Of a stretch of DNA of 64,000 nt, positions 30,121-47,313 are shown piece after piece. The notes beneath the pieces are model-generated. The model ran no database searches. It was not told where the DNA came from and saw only the letters and a list, made by a program, of their open reading frames with translations. The translations under genes were made by a program, and so were the position numbers. The stretch's first letter is position 1; the number at the start of each line of letters is the position of its first letter. Source of the DNA: Eledone cirrhosa (lineage: Eukaryota); contig OZ024745.1 of NCBI GenBank assembly GCA_964016885.1, positions 40,424,001 to 40,488,000 of the forward strand, given 5' to 3'.

Positions 30121-30319
30121 TATATAGTATATATATATATTTTATATATAGTAATAATAATAAATTTGAAGACTAATTTCCAAAGAGGGCTCGATAAGGA
30201 TAAATATATATCAAATATATAATAACTGCAGAGAAAACATTTACTAAAATAACAGGTTAATGTTTAAGCAAAGAATCGCTTAACGGGATCTTCTGAGTTT
30301 CAGAAACTCAGAAGATCCA

Positions 30320-31685
30320 GTGTGGTACTTCTTATTAACTATAACAAATTTAATATAGAAAGAACTAGGAAACAATTAAATAAAATTTTCAAAAACTTCA
30401 AGTTAGGTATCACTATAGATAAAAACACTAATAACGTTAACTTTCTAGATGCTACTCTTTGCCTAGACTCTACAATATATATACACCCTTTCATAAACCA
30501 AACGAAAAACTACTTTATGTAGACAACAATTCTAATCACCCTAAATCCATATTAAACTCAATTACTAAAGGAATATAAAATAGAATCTCTAATCTATTCT
30601 ATAACGAAACCATATTTAACAATAATTCCCAATACTATAATGAGGCCTTAGCTAAATCAGGACAAAAAAATGAGATTAAATTTCTACATATAAAATCACC
30701 TAGTTACATCATTAGTTCTCAGAATATGGCCATGACGAAAAATAATATAGGTACTAATCACTCTAACTCTAATACGAAGAGTAATATCAAACTTAACTCG
30801 CACCAGAATAAACACCACAATAATAATATAATGAGAAATATAAATACATCAAACAACCTTACAAAAAACAAAAATAGAAGAACTAATACATTCTTCAACT
30901 TGCCTAAAGCTTTCTTCTCAATCCTGGAAAAATATTTCCCAGCCGGCCACAAATACCATAATCTTATCAATAAAAATACCACTAACATATCTTACTCTAC
31001 CACACCTAACATCGCATACCATATAGCTAGTAGTAATAAGTAGGAAGATTAATAATTATTTCAAACTAATTAAATCACAACAGGAGGTAAACAACAGAGC
31101 AACATAGTACAGGAAAATTCTAGTAGCAATAATAATAATGCTAATAGTACTAATGAAATTAATAACAATGGGAACGATTACCATCATTACCCTAATGTTT
31201 TCCCTAACAACCAGGCATCTACACAACATAGTAACCAGCAAACAAACAACCTGAATAACGGGAACCGTAGAACAAATAGAACTTGCCTCTTACGTAGAAA
31301 TTGCTTAATCGAAGACATCATTTACTCATGCACGGTCAACACAAACAACTCTTCTAAAACATATATCGGTTCAACTTCAAACTGCTTCAAGATGAGATAT
31401 AACTCGCACTCCACACTTTCAAAAATCGCAATCTAGCCAACTCCACTTCTTTATCTAGCTACATACAATCTCTGAAAAGTAGGAATATACCATACACACA
31501 TCAATGGGAATAAATAGATAGGACCGCACCATATAAAACACCGAATAAATTGTGTAACCTCTGTCTTCTAGAGACCCGACCTATAATCTATTCGAAACTA
31601 GACATCCTAAATAGAAAATCAGAGGTCTTTTCAATGTGCCAGCACTACCAGCGACACTCTTTCCATAGCTTTAAACCTAGCTAAT
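30320..31685 (+). pseudogene. Decayed Naiad-like PLE fragment (RT C-terminus, GIY-YIG)
   Basis: VNFLDATL, SNHPKS, FPAGHKYH, YIGSTS and CNLCLLE motifs across frames. Confidence 0.85.
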
Positions 31686-31899
31686 AGTATATAATAATGT
31701 CAGATCTGAATTCCTCACCACCATTAACACTTCACCTCTAAACATAAAATTACCACCATGGAAAATAACTACTATAACATACATATATTATATTCAGTAA
31801 TGGATAGATAATAAGATGTGGCATTTAATGTATTATAGAAAAATAAATTATATTTATAATTAAAAATATATAAACTAATAGCATTATATATACGGCCAT

Positions 31900-32270
31900 T
31901 GGATTGGCAGTATCAGTAGAGGGTCGGACGCCATGCTTTCCAGCATAGTTACGTCACTTTACGATCTGAGTTCAAATCCCGCCGAGGTTGACTTTGCCTT
32001 TCATCCTTACGGGGTCGATAAAATAAAGTACCAGTAATGCACTGGGTAATTGCTGGCCTATATAAGGGATTCACTTATAACATAATTGTTTCTACTATTT
32101 TGGCACACGGCCAGCAATTACCCAGTACATTACTGGTACTTTATTGTATCGACCCCGTAAGGATGAAAGGGACAGTGAACTTCGGCGGGATTTGAACTCA
32201 TACCGTAAAGGGACGTAACTATGCTGGAAAGTATGGCTTCCGACTCTCTACCGATACTGCCAATCCACCG
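31900..32270. mobile_element. Two SINEs tail-to-tail (31900-32058 plus; 32085-32270 minus)
   Basis: Both show an A-box-like tggcagtatc, a B-box gagttcaaatcc and the shared body. Confidence 0.9.
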
Positions 32271-33489
32271 CTGTAATATATATTAATAATATTAAAGAGA
32301 TTTAAGTAATTGAACCTGTAAACAACTATACATTTTTCTATAGATTACTTATAGTGTATCTTATATTTTACTCAGTAAAGGATAGATAACAATATAATGA
32401 GACCGTTAATGTATTATAGGAGAATAGACTGTATCTAAAATTAAATATAAATAAATAACATTATATAAAAGGGATTCACTTGTAACACAATATAATGTAT
32501 ATTAGCAAAAAGAATTTAACTAATTGAAACTGTAAACTGCTATACTTCGCTTTCCATGCTTCCTTCTTTTTACTGTCATACACAATTTAATCGCTAGTTA
32601 GCTCCCCTTTCGCATTAGCTCCCCTTAATATGAATCTCAAACTCACTCCCGGAAATTAAACCGTTAGAAGAACATAATAAGATCAATATACAATCGATAG
32701 CGGTAACTGACTAAAAATATTCACTAAAATAGAACTTAAACCAATGTAATGGAAAAGATAGCAATATTAGTAATACTCTCGACACGTACACATTTGAACA
32801 TAACAGAAAAAAATGATCGCATTACATCCACCATACACTTGTAATTTAATACACAAACACCTCTGCTTGATATGCTTGTAAACCTATGTTATTTTTTATG
32901 GGATACCTTTGACATACAGTAATTATATATGCCTTATACCATTGCCTGTCTCCTTCTGATATATATCTAACGCATTTGCACTCTCCACGCGTTTGCATAT
33001 GTACTGCTGATGTCCTCGTTTTACGAGTAACTTTTCTCCTTAATGCCTCTTTAATTATTATACTTTTCCCTTGTGATATATGTCGCATGCATTCCACTCT
33101 ATGCTTTCTGATTTTAATTATTGTACTTGTAATGTATGTCGCATCCAATCCAATCTGTAAATACGAAACTGTTTTGACAGCATTAATATCCATATAACTA
33201 CATGATTGTTCAGTTGCATACGAGGTTAATTATATGTACAAACATTGCTAATGCTCCGATGACTTCAAACGAAAATTCGGAAGAAACGATTGTCAGCAAT
33301 AAAATGATTTGAACATAACTTTGATTATTGTGTAATTTATATTCCTGCTCTGCAAAACATCTGATGTATTTACATTGAGCTATTTTTCTTACTGGTAATA
33401 AGGTAGGAATAAATTAATGACCTTTCCTGTTTATAGTTGTATATAGTCTATACATAACTGTAAATAGTATCATTATTATATATATATAA

Positions 33490-33679
33490 GGGCGGTGAAT
33501 TGGGCAGTATCGGTAGAGGGTCGGACGCCATGCTTTGACGAATAGAGTTACGGCCCTTGCCATTCTTAGTTCAAATCCTGCCGAGGTTAACTTTGTCTTT
33601 CATCCTTACGGGGTCGATAAAATAAAGTACCAGTAATGTACTGGGTAATTGCCGGCATTGTGCCAATAGTAGAGACAAT

Positions 33680-33685
<6 letters not shown>
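33490..33685 (+). mobile_element. Full-length tRNA-type SINE
   Basis: gggcggtg...ggcagtatcgg (A box)...gttcaaatcc (B box)...caattatt tail. Confidence 0.9.
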
Positions 33686-35129
<1,444 letters not shown>

Positions 35130-35500
35130 TGGTGGAACACTGAAAGGTAATATCCGTAGTGGTAGAGCACTCAGTCAATGGGACGAGTTAGGTAGAAGTG
35201 GTTACACAACAGTTAGTTCACCGTACCGTAACAATTGTTTCACCTTACGGATCTTCAGCTCGGAATGGGCATGGTTATAGGAACAGGAAGGACAACCGTA
35301 CGAACGCGCATGCGCAGAAATCCGGTCACTTCACACAGGCAACATTAGACTGCGAGCGAGAGGTGTAAGTGACATAACAGGGGAAAGTCCGAAAAGTTTT
35401 TAGGTTGAAAATAAAATTACAAAGAATCAGTCCGGAGTCTTGTAGTTATGCAATAGGTGTTTGGTGACGTGTAGACAACGTGTGAAACATTCATTTCTCG
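35130..35500 (-). mobile_element. PLE pLTR remnant with a minimal HHR (35226-35263)
   Basis: Minus strand: CTGAAGA tcc gtaa ggt GAAA caattg TT acgg. Confidence 0.6.
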
Positions 35501-35508
35501 TGTTTAGG

Positions 35509-35549
<41 letters not shown>

Positions 35550-36014
35550 AGCAGAAAAACCACCCTCGGGAGGTTTTCTGACAGCCTGTGTAGTGCATAT
35601 TTTTATTATACGCAAGTATATATACATGTAGATAAGGTACATCAAATAAAATTGTAATTGATAATATACACAGAAATTGAAGAATGCATTACACTGTTTT
35701 ATGTAATCAGTAACGTAATCCGTTGACGGAAATATATGACTTTTAATTTAAAGGATCGCGAACCGGAGGTGTTGACATTTGAAAATGATAAAGAAGTGAA
35801 GTGAATCTAAAAATAAGCGACAAAAGTATTTATATTTAATCAAGAATAACGAAATTTAGCAGATAAATTATGTAATATTCATTAATTGTTTATTCAAAGT
35901 AATCCAACTTTTTTTACCAACGGGATAAAAAAAAATATTATGGGCATGGCCCGGACTCCTCCCTTTATTATAGTTTATATATAGATATATAGATATATAG
36001 CGGAGAGTCTTCAC

Positions 36015-36140
36015 AAGCAGATCACTCTGTAATTGGTGGAATGTATTCCCCCCCCCCCCAGTACCTTTTTTTTTCAACACTGGGATTGTCACTCCCGATT
36101 GCCATCGTATTGGTGCTTTTCCAGATAGCCAGGCCACAAA
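36015..36140 (-). pseudogene. Small RTE-like RT fragment
   Basis: AWLSGKAPIRWQSGVTIPVLKKKG. Confidence 0.5.
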
Positions 36141-37609
36141 AATTTCAGAATGAGAACCATATGCGTCTATTTGTTTAATGCTAAAATTATTTGCAAATGA
36201 ATTATGAATTTGTATATACTGATGTAATTAACGGTGGGACAGTAGTTAATTATGCCAGAGTTCATTAAGGCTCTCAAATACTTCTGAATTTAATTAATGC
36301 AAAATGAAAGGTTAATGTTAATTAAACTTATTAACCTTAAAGTTCACTAAAGTGTGTCAGGTTCAGGACAGGAAAAGGAAAGTAAATATATTAGGAACTG
36401 AATTACATAAATATAAGTTTATTCATAATAGACTGAAAGTAGGAACAATGACATGTGACTCAGTATTCAAGCAATTCTCGTATACCTAGCATAATTTCCA
36501 GTTTGATTCAGCATGATACGGTATCACAGGGGGGACCTTTTGAATTACTAGTACTGCCTATTAAACTATCCTTCAATGAGTTTTCGTCCAGTTGAAATTT
36601 CCTAACGTTTCGGGCATATTTCATGCGCTATGATTAATCACACTTGCTCAATTAAAATATATGATATATTTTTTTCATATACTGTTGTTATAGTATTTTA
36701 AATTTGTAAACTCGCACACACGTACTTCAACAAAGAATTTAATCATGGAATTTTACAAAAGTTTGGCATTCAAACATTCTCTAATATATGCGTAAGTACG
36801 TATGGGAAAATGAATAATGTACAGAGACATTTAATATGTTATAAAAAGTAATCATCCTCATACATTTATATTGAAATATGTAAGCTGCGTATGCATGTAA
36901 AAATGAAGACTTTTAATGTTCCCAATGGAGTACAATACGTACAAAGATTGAACACTATCCCATATATTGCATGGACTAACACATTAAATATAAAAAGCTG
37001 AAAATTGGCAAGAGCCGCATATGATTTTTATAAAATCATGACTTTCGTGACATAGTATGTACATTTATATTCGGAAGTACGGCATGTGTATGGGTTTAAC
37101 GGCATATGCTCCTGTTGATTCGAATAAGAGTTTAGCGTTGTGTGAATTTAAATTGCAAATGTGTGACAAGTCGACAAAGCTGAGAACCATTAATATAGCT
37201 CCCGGGGAAAATCAGCGTCACATTGGCTATGAAAAGAATGATATAAATAACTGAGTGCTTTGGTGTAACCCCAAAATAAGTGCGGTGCTCAAGGATAAAA
37301 CAATACCAAGTATCTAATTCAGGACCTTACGATAGTGTCACGAATATACTAAGCACTAAGACAAGCAGTTTCACAAATTCATATTTATATATATGCATGC
37401 GAAACGTACCAACAAAACAATACAGTACAATGAATATATATTTTATTCTTACGCTTAAATTAGTAGTTTAAGGCACTTGTCCTTTGGCAATAGATATTAC
37501 GAGAAATAAAAGAATAGAAATCTAGATGGGAGCGCTGGAACAAAAGAAATGCAAATTTTCCTTCGAAAAAAGCAACTTATATTTAATTACCCTTTATATA
37601 TATATATAC

Positions 37610-37750
37610 ATGAGTCCCGGATGGAATCGGGGGTAATTACAGTAACTAAGGTGCCCAATACATTAGTAGAGTGTAAACAACTATTTTAATACAGTAATGC
37701 CTTCTACAAGACAAGAGTTGTTTCATTTGAATTAAATTATCAGGAAACCA
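37610..37750 (-). mobile_element. PLE pLTR tail with a degenerate HHR
   Basis: Minus strand: ttc CTGATAA tttaattcaaat GAAA caa..ttg TA gaa. Similar to 28345-28476. Confidence 0.55.
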
Positions 37751-37779
37751 AACGGCCATTGTAATGCGGTGGTATTAAT

Positions 37780-37963
37780 GGTGGATTGGCAGTATCGGTA
37801 GAGAGTCGGACGCCATGCTTTCCAGCATAGTTACGTCCCTTTACGATCTGAGTTCAAATCCCGCCGAGGTTGACTTTGCCATTCATCCTTACGGGGTCGA
37901 TAAAATAAAGTACCAGTAATGCACTGGGTAATTGCTGGCCTTGTGCCTAAAGTAGAAACAATT
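37780..37963 (+). mobile_element. tRNA-type SINE
   Basis: Near-consensus copy. Confidence 0.9.
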
Positions 37964-38349
37964 AATGTTTTCTGGCAGTTGGAGCATTGGGTCATTATGA
38001 GAATTGCTAACGATAAGTGGCCAAGGGATTCTTTCAAAAAACTAAAAAACGGAACAAGTATCTCTGACAAATTTATTCTTAGAAAACTATACATTAATGC
38101 TATGAGACAGATAAAAGATAAGTTTCATATTCACACTCAAGCACCATACACACTCACACATATATTCAAACACCCATCCATTTTCTTTTATCGTTGAAAG
38201 GGGATCTGCAGTCGTCATGTTCGCTTGCATCATTTCAGGAGGTGTCTTAGGGATCCTTCAGGCTTCATGTCTGAATATAGTAGAGTTTTTACATGGAAGG
38301 ATAGAATGAGTAAAACAAACGAAATGAGAAAGGAATACAGAAGAAAAAT

Positions 38350-38505
38350 CGGCCACAGTACAAGCCTGGTATATTTTTCAACCTCGAATTGATGAAATGC
38401 AAATTTGACCCCGGCGGAATTTGAACATAGAGCGAAGAGAGCCGAAACAAATAACGTACAACATTCTATCCGACCTTTTAACAACTCTGCAAATTCACCG
38501 CCTGG
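38350..38505 (-). mobile_element. Diverged SINE
   Basis: Minus strand: ggcggtgaatttgcagagttg...gttcaaattccgccgggg. Confidence 0.65.
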
Positions 38506-39968
38506 GTCGCATTTTGCTTTCATATAAAAAAGCTGAAATAATTGATATAGAACATGCACTTCACCTTATGGTTTTCACTTTTACCTGCGATCTTAACGAC
38601 TGTAATTCCCTCCAAAATATTGAAATTATATCTGAGTCCACTACCACTATTGGTACCTTCACTTATAACCTGTTGATACCTAACCGTGCGAAACTCCTCC
38701 ACCTTTTCACCAGAAATATCCATATAAAAAATGTATATATGTACCTCCAAATACCAGTTTAATAAACTCAAAGAATTGAAGTTGTATATTTTGTGAAACC
38801 TTCAAAATTCATGATTATTTTAGAATCCTTTTGAATGTTAAATCCAATGACTGTTATTAGAAATATTATAACAAATGGGATAATTAAAGATTTCATTCAT
38901 TGCCTCAACGATTTAGTGGGTGACAGAGAGAGGAGAAGGTGCCAGAGATAAATATTCCAAACTTAGCTTAAAGATTTATACATTCGGTTCCATATAATTT
39001 CCTGTGGTGATCGCTCAGAAAATATCGGGTTTTGTCTTCTAAACAGCATCCTTCTCATTTGAATATTGATATATATTCAAATCCGTATGGTGCCTTTTAG
39101 CCTGATGGAAAAGCAATTATATATCTGTAAAATATTTCCCGTAAGTACAGAATTAAAATGCTATTAATTATCATCTACATTACGATAGTAAATTCCTACT
39201 GGTCATCATCAGTTTCCCATAACATTTCACATTGATTCCGGTAGCAAGATTACCTATAACTCCCCAAGGAAATTAAAGTAATATTTCCATATAGAAGGAT
39301 TACCCTATATTCTAAATGTATATTCACATATTCCTTGCAGTACAAATTAACAAGAAATCCATCATTCATTCGACCATAATATATATTCGAAAACCCACAT
39401 AGAACACCAAATTAACATGTAATTAACTAATTGTTTCTAACAATGTTTACACCTCCTTTCTTCACCTCTTATATTTTTCTCTACTTCCCACTTTAATTAT
39501 TAAACCCATCTCGCATTTCATTTCTACGATCACAGGTGCAAATTTCGAATGTATGTTTCTGCTGACAGTTTGGTGATTTACCTTTTAAATTGAATGAATG
39601 CGCAATATAATGTCACCTTCACAGCTGGAAACACTCGAATATATTTCTTGTGAAAATGGCAAAGATTAAGGCAGTTATATAGTATATATTCAGCGCTTTT
39701 ATTTATGAATATGATACCAGTAATCTACGCAAATAAGTTGGTTATTGTCACTATAGATTTCGAATTTTGTTTTGAAAGCCAACAGTTTCTAACGGGTTAC
39801 ATAAGATTTAAATAACATCAATATCTAACCAGTACTTTTTCCTCTATAATATTGTGAGATAGATATAATTTTGTTTGTGGCACCATCAGTTCGCCATACT
39901 TGCAGTAATGAGTTATTGTGCACATGAAATCTGCAACAAACACAAACACACGTTGTATGTTAGCTATA

Positions 39969-40722
<754 letters not shown>

Positions 40723-40727
40723 TATAT

Positions 40728-41042
<315 letters not shown>

Positions 41043-41064
41043 TATATATATAAATATATATATT

Positions 41065-41095
<31 letters not shown>

Positions 41096-41853
41096 TTGGA
41101 AACACACAGATACATGCGGACACACACATATATATATACATGAATGCATCCGCACCCAACTGTAAGTTAAGGGTGCCAACTTCACCGATGTTGCTCAATG
41201 AATGACTGGGACAGACCAATTCAGTTTGAACTAGACTGAACCAGTATCAGAGTTAAAAATACATTATGAAGAGAGAAGAAACATTTAGATATAATTAGTA
41301 ATAAAATGTATCATACCCAAACTGTTCCTACATTCCTCGACTACGTAGTTTCGTGGCATAAACAAAAACAATATATCAAAGATATAGAGTCCTTGCGAGG
41401 TCTGCTGACTTATCAAGAGGATACCTCATTTTACTAGTCTCAAGAACGCGTCTACACGACGTGAGAAAGAATCCCAAAAGGCGGAGGGGGAGATAGTCAC
41501 GCGATATAACGGTCGAGAAACAGAGCTAAGCCTCCTATAACCACGAAGAAAATACCACGGAGGCGGAGGGGGTATTCATATCGAGGCCGTAGAAGAGGTA
41601 GTGAAGAAGGCGAGAAGTATGAGTAATGGAAGCTTTCCAGTTGTCCCCACACTTCAAAGATTGCTCGACCAGAGGGAGTTATTAATATATTTGGAAACAC
41701 ACAGATACATGCGGACACACACATATATATATACATGAATGCATCCGCACCCAACTGTAAGTTAAGGGTGCCAACTTCACCGATGTTGCTCAATGAATGA
41801 CTGGGAGAGACCAATTCAGTTTGAACTAGACTGAACCAGTATCAGAGTTAAAA

Positions 41854-41859
<6 letters not shown>
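41096..41859 (-). mobile_element. Second family D insertion (~1.3 units of 595 bp) with an intact GUC HHR
   Basis: Period 595 (41096 vs 41691). (TA)n on both sides. Confidence 0.88.
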
Positions 41860-41912
<53 letters not shown>

Positions 41913-41916
41913 TATA

Positions 41917-41960
<44 letters not shown>

Positions 41961-42007
41961 TAAATATGTATATATATATATGTGTGTATGTATATATATA
42001 TATGTAA

Positions 42008-42133
<126 letters not shown>

Positions 42134-42185
42134 GTATATGTATATATATATGTATATATATGTAAGTGTATATATATATTTTATA

Positions 42186-42762
42186 ATATGTAATCCATGT
42201 ATAACCATGCAGTATTCTTCTTCCCCTTGTTTTTCATATATATTTACCTAAACTGCGATTATCTGTTTCTCTCTTTCTCTCTTACTGCTCGCCCGTTCTC
42301 TCTGTTTCTCTTACCTTCTTTCACCCTCTCTTTTTCTCTCGACTGACCTCTTCCTCGCACTTCCACTCACTCACTCTCTGTTTCTCCCCTTCTCACTTCC
42401 CCCCGTTTGCTAGTAGTGGGGTTCCTTCTTTCTCACACCGCACTCACAGCGTACGGTCCGCTTCTCTGACCGCTCATGAAATTCACCCAGGTTATGCTGA
42501 TTGGATAACTACCATGCTGCTTGCTGTTTTCCAACCTTCGGTTTGCTTTTCCTTCTGTTGTTTACTTGTCTCACTCGCTTTACGCGTTTCACTTGTCCAA
42601 ATAGCTTATTTTAGTTATTGCTCGCACCAACCTCAGGTATCTGATTTTTAATGCGATGAAATACCAATGATGGTTGGAAAGATCACTGATAAGGGACTAA
42701 ATTTATCATATGTAATCCACGTGCAACCATGCAGTATTCTTCTTCCCCTTGTTTTTCATATA
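42186..42762 (+). mobile_element. Non-coding 522-bp unit with a ~55-bp terminal direct repeat and a degenerate HHR-like motif
   Basis: atatgtaatcc...tttttcatata occurs at 42186 and 42708. CTGATAA ggga..tcc..tgca acca tgca GTA begins at 42686. Confidence 0.5.
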
Positions 42763-42782
42763 TATATATATATATATAGTTA

Positions 42783-45700
42783 AACTTGGGCAGGGTCATA
42801 TTTGTGTAATATTGCCAGAATTAATAACAGAACACACTCACTGTTTGGTTGGCTTTCGCTTTTCGCTTCTGTGTCTTTTATATCGGTAATTTAATTTATT
42901 CGGTCCTCAATGTTGCCATTGACTTACCAAGGTCAAAAATACAGATACAATATAGACACAAACATATATATATAGTTTATCAAAGTTCTCTCGTTGCACA
43001 TTTGCAACACCGTCAGTGGTGCTATTGTTTCCTTCCGTTGCATTGCATTTTCTACGCCATCTTTCTTTAGTCTGTTTATATATTTATGTATTTGTTTATT
43101 TTATGTTGTCTTCTTTGCGCATGCGTTTGCGTGTGTGTATAGTGTTTTGTTTGATGTGTGTTCGTGATTGGCTGAATATGTATTCTATATTTACTAGTGT
43201 GTGTTTATATGTGTTTGTTGTTATTGTGCTTGTGTATGGATTTATTTATCTATTTATTTATTTATTTATTTATACTTCTCTTAGGCCAGTGTTGTTTGTT
43301 TGGTGTTGTTATTCCATTCATTTTTTTCTGTTTAGCCTTGGCCTTCTAAGTTCTATTTCACTGGCCTCTCTGATCTGCCTATCTGTTGGGTCATTTCTAT
43401 GTTTAGATATTATTCTAATTTCTATGTTGTCTATGTTACCGCCGTGTTGTGTCTGGCATGTTCGTATAGTACTGAACTGTTTTATCGTCCTTTTAGTTCC
43501 CCCCAGTGTTGGTCTATCATTTCACCTCTGCTACGAGCTGTCTCGCCTATGTATGTTGTTGTCATGTTTCTGCAAGTACCCTCTGTACATCTTATGCTAT
43601 AGACTACGTTTCTAGTTTTACAGTTTATCCGGGTGTTTACCTTACATATGATACATTTCTTATTAGTATAGTGGGTTTTCTTAAAAGAGTAGGTTTTGCT
43701 GATTAGGGATTTTATGGTTGTTCCTGGCTTTTCTACCACCTTAATATTTAAGTGGGTCTTTCTCAGGGTCTTTCTACACTGGTTTGCTAATTTCCCTCCA
43801 AGGGTAGCGTCCACAAACATGACACTCTGATTATCTCTGGTTGTCGTACCATGAGGTGGCTTTCCCTATATTATGTCTAGCCCTATCTAAGCTATTCCGT
43901 GATTTGCTCCTGTATAATGGGCAAATTCCTTTCATGTCACGAGGGTCTTATACTTCTTCGTGGCTCCGTATACTCTGATTCTGTCTCTTTGCTTGTAGTC
44001 AGAGAGCTGCATGCGGTTGATGAAGTGTTGGATGTGTCTTTCCATTTCTGTTGGGTCGCACATGCGGGACAAGTTCTTCATCACTCGTACCAAGTCTATG
44101 ATCAGAATATTAAACTTAGCACTATTGGACATTGCTGACTTTTTGAGTATCAGGTATTTGGAGGCCATGGGTTTAACATAGTGTGAGTGGAGATTTTGGG
44201 CTCTCTCGTCAGTAGTATTAATCCAGAGTTCCGTGTCTAATACAGGTAGTCTATTGTTAGGGTGTTTGGAAGGGTAGTCGATAGTTACAGTTATACACTG
44301 GTGTATGAAATTAGCTATCTGCTAGATGCTTTCCATTGTTCTACGTTCTAAATCAAACTTGTTAGTGCTCTCTTGTGGGGATGTTCTTATAACTATATTG
44401 ATATCGTCTACGTAACGAGAGTACATGATGAGGTCTATGGAGCTCTCATTAAGGAGATCTTTAAGTCTCCTTTCCCACCATACCATAAAACGATTGGCAA
44501 CGTCACCAGCTATGCTGACGCCAATGGCTGCTCCCTCATTTTGGGTGTAGATCTTCTCGTTGAACTTGAATATGTGCCCCTTTAGGGTAGTTTTGATACT
44601 AGCCCCTATTGCATGTGCGACCATTTTTCTTACCTGATTATTGGTTTGGGGGGTCCGTATAGCTTTGCTCCACCCAATCCACCTTCCCATGGGAGTCTTT
44701 TTAGCCATTGAGGTTATGGTGAGAGGGGTGGGTCTACATCTTATGGGTCTTCTGGGGCAGAAACGTCTAAGGTCAGTGCTGTCTAGGTAGTCAGTGTCGT
44801 AGGTAAGTCTAAGTAGGAGGCCCAGTTCGTCTGTGCGACGTCGCAGAACTCCACCTCACTCTTAATGATCATCTCCACACATTATTCCACAGCAAAATCA
44901 ATGTTAATGGATGGGTACAGTGATACCACATCCATGCTGCCTATTATGCAGTTGGATAGGTTACTGTTTTTGTTGCACTCACTGATTCTGCTGAGGAGGT
45001 CCGCTGTACTGTCACATACATCTGGGGACATCTTGATGATGGGGCGTATAACCATTGGGAGGAAGTAGGAGATCCTGTAGTTGCTAGCTATATTTGCTCC
45101 GCATACGGGTTTTGTTGGTGGTCCTGTTGTCGGGTTGTCGACTGTCTTGTGGTCTTTGCAGAGCCCATACAAGGGTGGTATGCCATTGTTAGACGCCTGG
45201 AAGTTGTTGGCAGTGCGTCTGCTTGGCTTTAGGATGTCGGTCCACATCATCATTTGAGCCTTGAGGATTTTCTCTCTCCCATCATATATTTGCTGTGCAA
45301 TTTCGCTCGTGTTTGTGATGTGGGGTTGCATAGCGTTGATGTAGTTCGGCATGCTATCTATTGATATCCTACCAGACTTATCTGTGGGTAGACATACTAC
45401 CTCACCATCCCTTGTGCGCTGCTTCAGGCTAACCAAGCCTTCTACAGGTTTCCTCTCAAGTTGTTGGACCTCTGGTCTGCTCTGTCTCTTAGTATACCGG
45501 TCTACTATTTGTCTAATCTTATTTCTAGCTATGGTGAACTGTGCCTCTAGTCTCGTCATCTATTTGCTGTGGTATGCAAACTCTTTTATTAGAGGGTAAC
45601 CTCGTAGGATAGATATTACCCGTCTTATATGTTTTGTCAGCTGGGTTGAAGAATAGTTTCTCTAAGGGGTTGTCATTATATCTATCGTCATAGATGTGTG

Positions 45701-47278
45701 CTTGTTGCTACTATTGTTATTATGGTGATTTTTGTTGTTCCTATCATTAGCATTATTATTATTGTTATGATTGCTAGATGTATTGTTGCTTTGATTGTTA
45801 GATGTATTGTTGTTATGATTGCTAGATGTATTGTTGCTGTGATTGTTAGATGTATTGTTGTTGTTTTCTTCACCGTTATTGTTGTTGTTACTGTTATTTC
45901 TACCATTGTGGTTGTTACTTTTATTATGTTTCTTGTTTTTGTTGTGTCTATCATTAATGTTGCTACATATATTATTTCTATTATTACCACTGTGGTTGGT
46001 GTTGTTGTTATTCGTATTGTTACCGTTATTACTACTGTGGTGGCTGCTGCTGTGTCTGTAGTTAATGTTTCTATTATTATTATTATTGTGGTTGTTGTTG
46101 TTGTTCTGTCTATCGTTAATGTTATTACCATTATTACTATTTCTCACTCTCCTGCTGTTGTTATTGTTATGACTATTACTATTATAGCTGTTATTTCTAT
46201 ACCCAGAGTCATTGTTTATATTACTACTACCGTTATTATTGCTGTTGTTGTCCGTATAGTTGTTGTTGTTGTTTACTTTTGCATTCCAACGCATTTTTGT
46301 GAAACACTTTTCCAGCTCCGTTTTGCACTCAATAGGGTTAATCTTTTTGTAGATGGCAATTTTGGTGGTAGCTGCAGGATTTGTTGTTCTTGTTAAAGTG
46401 TTCCCATAAATATTTACTGTGTGGTAAATTGGTAAATTCTTCCGGTAGGTTTACATCAGTCATACAGATATTGTTGATGTAATCTGGGTATTTTTGAGAA
46501 TATTCTATTTTTCTTTCTTCTAGTTTTTTTCTTATTCATCCATTCTAATTTCTTATTGAAATGCCTATTGCATTCGTTTCGGGCGTATTTCGTTTCACGT
46601 CGGATGACGCTCATGAAGTCATCCCTTTCGTTTGGCGTGGTGAGATTTCGGACATCCTTACCGTTAATGCATTTCTGTCTGTAAAGTTCGTTGACTTTTG
46701 TGTATGTTGTTCTTTTCATATTAACTGTTATTGTGTGTTTTAGTCGTTCAGCTTGTGTTTTATTCAATAATAAATTATTTACTTGTTTTGATATGTTTGT
46801 TTTGTATATTTTGGAGGAAACACAGTGTTTTGAGAAGCAGATTTATTCTGTTGTTATTGTAGTGTTTATATAACAGAAAACAGTGTCTTTCAATAACCTT
46901 TCAGTTTGGCACAAGATAATGCCATAACGGCGATGAATTAGTTTTGGGAGGTTTTTGATATGAAATCGTGTGTCGAAACAAATATTGTTATACTTGGGTC
47001 ATATTTGTGTAATATTGCCAGAATTAATAACAGAACACACTCACTGTTAGGTTGGTTTTCGCTTTTCGCTTCTGTGTCGTTTATATCGGTAATTTAATTT
47101 ATTTGGTCCTCAATGTTGCCATTGACTGACCAACCGTCAAAAATACAGATACAATATAGACACAAACACATATATATATAGTTTATCAAAGTTCTTTCGT
47201 TGCACATCTGCAACATCGTTAGTGGTGCTATTGTTTCCTCCCGTTGCATAGTATTTCTACGCCATCTTTATTTAGTCT

Positions 47279-47313
<35 letters not shown>

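Noticed and set aside
33490-33685. tRNA gene
   Set aside because: The A and B boxes belong to a multi-copy SINE, two copies of which show TSDs. No full cloverleaf is evident.
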